DNA of 10,295 nucleotides. Origin: Promethearchaeota archaeon. GTDB taxonomy: Archaea > Asgardarchaeota > Lokiarchaeia > Sigyniarchaeales > SOKP01. A program made the position numbers and the translations under genes. Location of the stretch: the NCBI GenBank assembly GCA_048941265.1, contig JBHLNT010000153.1, positions 1-10,295 on the forward strand. The letters run 5' to 3'. Shown here in pieces: positions 1 to 6,492 of this stretch (position 1 is its first letter; each line of letters opens with the position of its first letter). The notes beneath the pieces were generated by a model, which had not been told where the DNA came from, made no database searches, and worked only from the letters and a program-made list of their open reading frames with translations.

Positions 1-1283
1 ATATTGCGACCATCAATAATTACCGCATTCTTTTTTAATTTCTTTTTAAGATCATCAAGATCAAGATTATAATATTGTTTATGATTAGTTGCGAATATCA
101 AAACATCAGCATCCTTGACTGCTTTATCAATATTATCGGTTAATTCAGTCATCTTATAATCTTTTTCTTTGACATATGGATCATGAGCTATATAGGTAAT
201 GTTATGTGAATGATATCTCTGATGTAAAGTCTGTACAATATTCTCAGTTGGGGTATTGCGAGTATCATCGGTATCAGCTTTATACGCAACGCCCATAAGT
301 GCAATCTTTAAATTATCGTGCTTTTTTGCTTCATTTAAAGCATCCTCCATTAATTCAATCATATGTTCAGGCATCCAATCGTTTAATCTTCTTGATTCTG
401 GTAATATTTTTGGAATATTTTTTCGATCTGTGTATGTCTCTAAACCATACATTAGTAACCAAGGATCTTTAGTAAGACAATGCCCGCCAACTCCCGAACC
501 GGGAGTGTGCATCATTCTGTCATGTCTATAATTAATTAATCTAATAATTTCAAAGATATTTCGATTAAAATCTTCTGCTACCAATGCCATTTCATTAGCA
601 AATGCGATATTCACATCTCTATATGTATTTTCTATACATTTTGTTAGTTCTGCTGTAAGTGTATCTGTTATTTGAAGCTCCTTTTTCACCACTTTTCCAT
701 ATAAGAACTTTGCTCTATTATTAGCTTCCTCGCAACCACCCCCAATCACTCTTGGGAAATCCGTAATGTATTCCAGAAGTTTACCTGGCATAACCCGCTC
801 AAACGAAAAAACTAAATAAAAATCCTTACCTCTCTGCATACCACTCCCTTGTTCTAAAATAGGTTTAACAATATTATCTGTTGTTCCGGGCGCAACGGTT
901 GATTCTATGATGACTGTTACCCCTTTTTTCAAATGCGGAGCAACTAAAGAAGAGACATCTTTTAAAGATTCATATCTCGGAATTTTATGATCATCTACGG
1001 GTGTCTGTACATCTATTAAGATATAATCTGCATTATTACAAACGTTATAATTATCAATTACATGAAATTTTTTATTTTTAACCACTCGTGAAATTAATTC
1101 ATCCAAACCTGGCTCATCGCCTTCAAATGGATTTTTTCCTGCATTAAGATAATCAATTTTCCATCCACTTCTCTGAGATCGTCTTTGTATTCCAGTGACA
1201 TAGAAATCATCCACGTCGGCTAGTAGAGCGGCCATCGGGATTCCTACATATCCCATTCCAATTACTACTATTTTTGTAGTCAT
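1..1283 (-). CDS. Nucleotide-sugar dehydrogenase, UDP-glucose/GDP-mannose dehydrogenase family (WecC/WbpA-like); 3' end runs off the window
   Basis: Not in the ORF track because it has no stop in the window. Hand translation from ATG at 1283: MTTKIVVIGMGYVGIP (Rossmann GxGxxG), IDVQTP, IIESTVAPGTT, FSFERVMPG, AELTKCIENTYRDVNIAFANE, PGSGVGGHCLTKDP (catalytic Cys), and the C-terminal VIIDGRN motif at the window edge. Confidence 0.93.
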   Translation of the reverse strand, partial: MTTKIVVIGMGYVGIPMAALLADVDDFYVTGIQRRSQRSGWKIDYLNAGKNPFEGDEPGLDELISRVVKNKKFHVIDNYNVCNNADYILIDVQTPVDDHKIPRYESLKDVSSLVAPHLKKGVTVIIESTVAPGTTDNIVKPILEQGSGMQRGKDFYLVFSFERVMPGKLLEYITDFPRVIGGGCEEANNRAKFLYGKVVKKELQITDTLTAELTKCIENTYRDVNIAFANEMALVAEDFNRNIFEIIRLINYRHDRMMHTPGSGVGGHCLTKDPWLLMYGLETYTDRKNIPKILPESRRLNDWMPEHMIELMEDALNEAKKHDNLKIALMGVAYKADTDDTRNTPTENIVQTLHQRYHSHNITYIAHDPYVKEKDYKMTELTDNIDKAVKDADVLIFATNHKQYYNLDLDDLKKKLKKNAVIIDGRN

Positions 1284-1424
1284 ATTAATTCTTAAATTTT
1301 TTTTAATTAATGATTAATTTAGTAATTTAAGTATTTATAAATTATTTATGATTCAAAAAATTTGAGATAATGAATCTAATTAAGAAATGGTTTAAAAACA
1401 GTAATTTAAGAATTTAAATTCATC

Positions 1425-1436
1425 AAAAAAAAAAAA
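1425..1436 (-). terminator. Oligo-T (T12) tract, candidate archaeal terminator of the rhomboid gene
   Basis: A12 run on + (T12 on -) about 35 nt downstream of the rhomboid stop at 1470. Archaeal intrinsic terminators are U-tracts. Confidence 0.45.
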
Positions 1437-1469
1437 TTTTATTAATAATATTCAATATGATGTTATTCA

Positions 1470-2111
1470 TCAATATTTTTTACTAAACAATTTAAAGAGA
1501 TAAGCAAAAAAAGCACCTGCAATGAAACCTCCTACATGTGCCATATGAGCAGTACCTGTGGCTCCTAAAGAAACAATTGCATATATTATTTCGGCTACAA
1601 AATATATGAGTATAAATTGCTGTGCTGATATTTTCCTTACTCTAGAACTTCCTAATAATCCCAATTTATTTTTAGGGAAGAGTATTCCATAAACAGCAAT
1701 AATTCCAAAAATAGCACCTGATGCCCCTAATGTGGGAATATCCATCATGAAAGGGACTAATAGAGTAAAAAGTGCATGGAACAACGCAGCTACAATACCA
1801 GATACTATATATGTGATTAGGAAATATAAATGTCCCATTGCTTTTTCACAATTATCGGCGACTACGAAAAAGAACCACATGTTAAAAAGGATATGTATGA
1901 AGTCAGCATGCATAAACATTGAAGTAATAATAGTCCAGTATCTTCTACCCTCAAATAAATCCCGAGGAATGAACGCTGCTTCATAGATAAACATATTCCC
2001 TGTAGGATCCATAAGTTGAACTAAAAAAACTAGTACATTAATGACAATTATCGCTACGGATACATATTGGGTATAAAAAGGAACTCGGTCATCCTCAAGT
2101 TCGATTACCAT
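1470..2111 (-). CDS. Rhomboid-family intramembrane serine protease
   Basis: About 6 hydrophobic helices; YWTIITSMFMH...HILFNM, catalytic GASG serine, AHMAHVGG catalytic His. SD-like GAAGTGA 6 nt upstream of the ATG (2118-2124, - strand). Confidence 0.95.
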   Translation of the reverse strand: MVIELEDDRVPFYTQYVSVAIIVINVLVFLVQLMDPTGNMFIYEAAFIPRDLFEGRRYWTIITSMFMHADFIHILFNMWFFFVVADNCEKAMGHLYFLITYIVSGIVAALFHALFTLLVPFMMDIPTLGASGAIFGIIAVYGILFPKNKLGLLGSSRVRKISAQQFILIYFVAEIIYAIVSLGATGTAHMAHVGGFIAGAFFAYLFKLFSKKY

Positions 2112-2115
2112 TTTA

Positions 2116-2263
2116 ATTCACTTCTTTTAGAGTTTTTGAGATAAAATAAACAAAATTAATTTTTACTTGATAAATGTAACTAAATTCTTTAATAATTTAA
2201 CGGTTTATTACCATTTATGAAACTTGGAAATTCAAGTTTAGACAATATAGCAAAATTAAGACC
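2116..2263 (+). repeat. Direct repeat copy 1 (attL-like): rhomboid/GH172 intergenic region plus first 16 codons of GH172
   Basis: 2116-2137 is identical (22/22) to 4038-4059. 2149-2263 matches 4070-4184 at 102/115 by hand alignment. Confidence 0.95.
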
Positions 2264-2288
2264 ACGGATACATGGTAAATATGTATAA
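2217..2288 (+). pseudogene. Truncated 5' fragment of the GH172 gene (MKLGNSSLDNIAKLRP, then unrelated RIHGKYV*)
   Basis: 14 of the first 16 residues are identical to the 4138 ORF (MKLGKSSLDDIAKLRP). Homology stops abruptly and TAA follows at 2286-2288. Confidence 0.85.
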
Positions 2289-4037
2289 TAATATTGATTA
2301 AATCTAATATCCTAATTGTTTTTTCTGAATTCCTTAATGTGTAATATGAAATTATACAAAATTGTTAAATATTATATAATCATAATTTAATTTAATCCGA
2401 TTAAATTTTGAGATAAAAATCAATTGATATTGACTTTCTCTCAAAAGAAGTCCATTCAAACATATAATAATATAATTATGAATTCAGTAATAAATGAAAA
2501 AGATGAAAAAAGGCGATATTTCAAGAGATATAGCAAAATTTTCCGAAAATATAAAGGTTTAACTGTTCAAGCATTTGTTAAAAAGCTTAGAATTAATCCC
2601 AATGATCCTTCAGCCATCAAATCTCTCTCTCCTCAAGAAGCTGTAGATATTTTAATGATGATAGCTCTAAGTTCAATTCCATTTGGACTGATATTTAAAA
2701 AGAAAATCATTGAAAAACTGGGAGAAAATCCAGAAAATATAACTTTTGAAAAAATAATAGTTACTCTTAAATCAATTTCTTTAGAGGATATAAAAGATGA
2801 AAAATTACAGACATTTTTAGCGAAAAGATTAACGAGCATTAATCGAGAAAATATAGAAAATCCGTTCGAATCTAAAATAAAACTAAAGCATTATCCTGTT
2901 ACAAAGCGATTTATTATAATACCTGCTCATGTGAAAATAGCAGAAATTATTGGTGTTGATGATAAAATATTACAAATACTAAGAGAGTTCATTAATGATG
3001 AGAGAATGTTTTTAAGTATTGAGAACGAGCAGATGCATGATCAATTCCAAATCGAATTAGATAAAATTCAATTAATCAAAGATGCTACAACTATGGCGGC
3101 TAATTTTGGAATAAATCCTGAATTAGCCGTAATTCTATGTCAAAATTTTGATATAGAAGAATTAGCATCAAAAAATTTAAAAGATATTAAAGATGCAATA
3201 AAAAGTTCTAAAATAAACGTTCCTGAGAGACAATATACTGATAAAATATTAACTAAGTTACAAAAAACTGCTGAAGAACAGAACCCCAATCTGGTATCTT
3301 TAAATAAGGTTATTTCTGATTTAAAACTAAAATCAGTCTTAGAAAAATCAGGAATAAAAATCAGAACTATCGATGATTTTAAGAAGACTATAACAGATGA
3401 GAAAGAATCGAAGACTATTCTTGATATCGTGTCTGCACAGATAAAATCTAAAAAAAAAATTGAATCTCTAAAAGCATATGTTAGGCTAGAAAAAATATCT
3501 AAAAATTTTGAATTAAATAAAGCTTTAATTGAGAATAATTTGACTTCTTTTTATGATATAACCCGTATTCCACTTTTTGTATTCCAATATAAATTCAGAG
3601 ATAAAGCATCAATAAATGAATTAAAAGAGTTATACTTCAAGGCTCAAGAAAATTTGGTTAAAAATATTACTCTTGGGTCACTTTCAACTCTTAATCAGCA
3701 ACAGTCTGCTCTAGATTATCTTATTCTCAAATAAAGTTCGGGGATATCTCAACCAGTGAATAGTAATAGGACTAAAAAGAAGGTAGATGGAAATTAGTGG
3801 GGGGGCATTCTTCAATAAATAGTGCGATGGTTTTTTTGAGTTTATCATGAATAGATTTTATGGAAACGGATACGGGAAAGATTATCCCCCTGTGAATGAC
3901 AATGGAATTAAATTTTATCCCAATACTACTAAAATACTGAGTACTTTTAGGGATATTTTTTATGAAAAGTATAAGTAGCTTATTAATATTAAATTTCGAA
4001 ATTCTATTTCAATAGTTCAATCAGAAAAGAAATTTTT
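2264..4037. mobile_element. ~1.8 kb inserted island or integrated-element remnant between the direct repeats
   Basis: Bounded by the duplicated promoter/5' gene segment. Holds one orphan ORF and a degraded small ORF. No integrase, transposase or terminal inverted repeats were seen. Confidence 0.6.
2424..3734 (+). CDS. Hypothetical helical, Lys-rich protein with HhH-like motifs; C-terminal part resembles the N-terminal region of Tc-toxin A-subunit (TcA)-like proteins
   Basis: 436-codon ORF (TTG 2424; alternative ATG 2478). Motifs FGINPELAVIL...IEELAS, LEKSGIKIRTIDDF and LKAYVRLEKISKNFELNKALIENNLTSFYDITRIP...ELYFKAQ. The ORF is solid; the family call is from recall only. Confidence 0.6.
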   Translation: MILTFSQKKSIQTYNNIIMNSVINEKDEKRRYFKRYSKIFRKYKGLTVQAFVKKLRINPNDPSAIKSLSPQEAVDILMMIALSSIPFGLIFKKKIIEKLGENPENITFEKIIVTLKSISLEDIKDEKLQTFLAKRLTSINRENIENPFESKIKLKHYPVTKRFIIIPAHVKIAEIIGVDDKILQILREFINDERMFLSIENEQMHDQFQIELDKIQLIKDATTMAANFGINPELAVILCQNFDIEELASKNLKDIKDAIKSSKINVPERQYTDKILTKLQKTAEEQNPNLVSLNKVISDLKLKSVLEKSGIKIRTIDDFKKTITDEKESKTILDIVSAQIKSKKKIESLKAYVRLEKISKNFELNKALIENNLTSFYDITRIPLFVFQYKFRDKASINELKELYFKAQENLVKNITLGSLSTLNQQQSALDYLILK

Positions 4038-4184
4038 ATTCACTTCTTTTAGAGTTTTTAACTTTAATTAACAAAATTAATTTTTATTTGATAATTGTGA
4101 CTAAATTCTTTAATAACTTAACGATTTATTACCATTTATGAAACTTGGAAAATCAAGTTTGGATGATATTGCTAAACTGAGACC
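4038..4184 (+). repeat. Direct repeat copy 2 (attR-like), supplying the upstream region and start of the intact GH172 gene
   Basis: See copy 1. It keeps the rhomboid SD-like sequence (tcacttc at 4040-4046) but has no rhomboid ATG next to it. Confidence 0.95.
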
Positions 4185-5331
4185 TGATTCAATAAAAAGG
4201 AGGAGAATTTCTAGTTACGATAAAAAAGGGGGAAATCGTGATTGGATTGATATAAAAGCAGGAGAAAAGGTTGTGTTAGGTGAGATTCAAGGAGCAGGCT
4301 GTATTACTCATATATGGTGCACATGTATGTGTATTTCAAAATACTCAATACGAAATGCAATTATTAGAATGTATTGGGATGGGGAAGATGAAAATAGCCC
4401 TAGTGTTGAAGTTCCTATCGGAGATTTTTTTGGTATGGGACATGGTGAACGAAAAAACTTTGTATCAACGCCACTTCAAATGAGCCCTCGCAAAGGGAGG
4501 GGATTTAATTGCTGGTGGCCTATGCCTTTTTCAAAATCTTTTAAGATTACTTTAGAAAATGATAATCCTAAGAGATTTCGCTTGTATTATTATATCGATT
4601 ATGAATTATATGAGAACGGGTTTGAGAATGAAGCGGATTATGGCAGATTTCATGCTCAATGGCGCCGAGAAAATCCACCAAAAGTAAAAATACGGAGTCC
4701 TAGCTCGGGGAAAAAATATACACCAAAGAAGCCAATTAGATTTATGTTTTTAGGATTAAACACCGAACCTCTAAAGTACAATTACAAAATTTTAGAGGTA
4801 AGAGGAAAGGGGCATTATGTAGGATGTCATTTAGATATTGATAATATTACATTCATGCCTTGGTTTACTAATTGGCCAGGTGAAGGAGATGATATGATCT
4901 TTATAGATGATGATATTGATAAAGAATTTCCCACTCTTTATGGAACTGGAACAGAAGATTATGTTAACCAAGCTTTTTCGCAAAGAGAAAAATATTCCGC
5001 TCCCTATCATGGTACTATAAAAACCGGAGGCTTTAATTGGAGGGGTAAAATTACCTATTATAGATATCATATAGAAGATCCAGTTTATTTCAACAAAAAA
5101 ATTATTGTAACTATTGAACATGGACATGATAACCATCGAAAGGATGATTGGTCATCAACAGCATATTGGTATCAGAAAGAACCTCATGACCACACATTAT
5201 TTCCAAAATTATTAAATCGAGAAGATAGGAAACCCCGTTCAAATGGCGGGTCTAAAATAAGAAGGATTACCTGTATACTAATCCTAATATTGTTAATCTT
5301 TATAATTTTCTCAAAGTTCTATTTAGTTTAA
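4138..5331 (+). CDS. Glycoside hydrolase family 172 (DUF2961) protein with C-terminal transmembrane anchor
   Basis: SSYDKKGGNRD, GAGCITHIWCT, MYWDGE...PSVEVPIGDFFG, NCWWPMPF, YYYIDYE, WPGEGDD, GTGTEDY, YRYHIEDPVYF, IEHGH, DWSSTAYWYQ are typical DUF2961 motifs. Hydrophobic tail ITCILILILLIFIIF. Confidence 0.92.
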   Translation: MKLGKSSLDDIAKLRPDSIKRRRISSYDKKGGNRDWIDIKAGEKVVLGEIQGAGCITHIWCTCMCISKYSIRNAIIRMYWDGEDENSPSVEVPIGDFFGMGHGERKNFVSTPLQMSPRKGRGFNCWWPMPFSKSFKITLENDNPKRFRLYYYIDYELYENGFENEADYGRFHAQWRRENPPKVKIRSPSSGKKYTPKKPIRFMFLGLNTEPLKYNYKILEVRGKGHYVGCHLDIDNITFMPWFTNWPGEGDDMIFIDDDIDKEFPTLYGTGTEDYVNQAFSQREKYSAPYHGTIKTGGFNWRGKITYYRYHIEDPVYFNKKIIVTIEHGHDNHRKDDWSSTAYWYQKEPHDHTLFPKLLNREDRKPRSNGGSKIRRITCILILILLIFIIFSKFYLV

Positions 5332-5720
5332 GCGCTTAATTTTTCTTTTAACATATTTTCAACGAATTTCAATAGATCTTTCCCGGAAAAAGGTTTCGTT
5401 ATATAACCATCTGCTCCTAATTTTTTACCTTTTTGGATGTCTTCGTTAAAACTTTTGACGGTAAAGAGCACGACGATGATATCTTTATATTTCTCGTGCG
5501 TTTTAATTTCCTTTAATACAGAATAACCAGAAGTACCAGGCATCATTATATCAAGTAAAATTAAAGCGATTTCATCGTGGCTTTCCTTTACAATTTCCAT
5601 GGCATCTCTGCCGTTATTGCAGGTAATCGTATTGAAATCTCCGAGTTTTAAAAACTTTTCAGTTAAATTAACAATATCAGGTTCATCATCAACAATTAGG
5701 ATGGTATTTTTTTCTTTCAT
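5328..5720 (-). CDS. Single-domain response regulator (CheY-like receiver)
   Basis: ILIVDDE acidic pocket, LLDIMMP phospho-acceptor Asp, conserved Thr (LFTVK), GADGYITKPF. Its stop overlaps the convergent GH172 stop (TTAA 5328-5331). Confidence 0.95.
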   Translation of the reverse strand: MKEKNTILIVDDEPDIVNLTEKFLKLGDFNTITCNNGRDAMEIVKESHDEIALILLDIMMPGTSGYSVLKEIKTHEKYKDIIVVLFTVKSFNEDIQKGKKLGADGYITKPFSGKDLLKFVENMLKEKLSA

Positions 5721-5838
5721 ATCCTTACAAATAATTTAGTCACGTTTACTGTCTAATATATGAATAATTGTTTTTAATATATTTTAACTATTATATATTG
5801 ATATTTAATTGTTTTTTTTTCTCTTCAATGTGATCGCA

Positions 5839-6489
5839 TTGGCAAAAACAAAACTACCCACATTCCCAGATTCATATATAGGTGATAAAGCAGATGAATA
5901 TGATAGCTTAAAATGGATGCAACGGAATCAGAAAAGAGCAACCTTAAAAACAATTAATTATCTTGTTGATAATAAATTAGGTAAAACTAAGTACAATCTA
6001 GAAGAAGATCTTCCTTTAATAGTTTTGGATCTGGGTTGCGGAACCGGATTCTCTTCAGAAATGTTAGCTGAGTATGGTTTTAGGGTAATTGGTGTAGATA
6101 TTCTCCATGATATGCTTTCAAAAGCAGATAAAAAGAGGAGAATGCTAGATATTCCTAATCTTGAGCTTATTTTAGCTGATATTAACTATTTGCCAATAAG
6201 GAACCATTCAATTCATTTTATTATATCAATTTCAGCTTATAATTTCATCATCTATGAAAAACGCGGTCAAAGAAATAAAAGGATGGTCATGAATAATACC
6301 GCTAAATATTTACATAAAATTTTAAAACATGAGGGACGGATGGTTATTGAATTTTACCCTGAAAATGATGAAGAATTGAAATTATTTAACTTATCATTCA
6401 TTGAGAATAGCTTCGAAGGATTCATGGTAAAAATCGTTCCAAATCAGAAATCAGGGCAAACCTTTCTGTTATTAAAAAAAAAACGATAA
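5839..6489 (+). CDS. Class I SAM-dependent methyltransferase, Bud23/WBSCR22-like (putative SSU rRNA m7G methyltransferase)
   Basis: VLDLGCGTG motif I and GVDI...ML, plus Bud23-type ISISA, FYPEND and P-x-x-KS...FLLL motifs. Start moved from TTG 5809 to TTG 5839 because GTGA (SD-like) lies at 5830-5833. Confidence 0.8.
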   Translation: MAKTKLPTFPDSYIGDKADEYDSLKWMQRNQKRATLKTINYLVDNKLGKTKYNLEEDLPLIVLDLGCGTGFSSEMLAEYGFRVIGVDILHDMLSKADKKRRMLDIPNLELILADINYLPIRNHSIHFIISISAYNFIIYEKRGQRNKRMVMNNTAKYLHKILKHEGRMVIEFYPENDEELKLFNLSFIENSFEGFMVKIVPNQKSGQTFLLLKKKR

Positions 6490-6492
6490 AAT

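Noticed and set aside
256-531. 91-aa + strand ORF
   Set aside because: Antisense shadow of the nucleotide-sugar dehydrogenase, with no motifs.
1305-1421. AT-rich palindromes (AATTAATGATTAATT 1305-1319, TTTATAAA 1334-1341, GAATTTAAATTC 1410-1421)
   Set aside because: Expected by chance in such AT-rich spacers, with no independent support.
1732-1986. 84-aa + strand ORF
   Set aside because: Antisense to the rhomboid gene.
2633-2839. 68-aa - strand ORF
   Set aside because: Antisense shadow inside the 436-aa ORF.
4280-5136. ORFs 4280-4483 (+) and 4831-5136 (-)
   Set aside because: Alternative-frame and antisense ORFs inside the well-conserved GH172 gene.
5236-5331. GlyGly-CTERM/rhombosortase sorting signal on GH172
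   Set aside because: The basic cluster comes before the transmembrane segment, not after it, and there is no export signal, so it does not fit the canonical motif.
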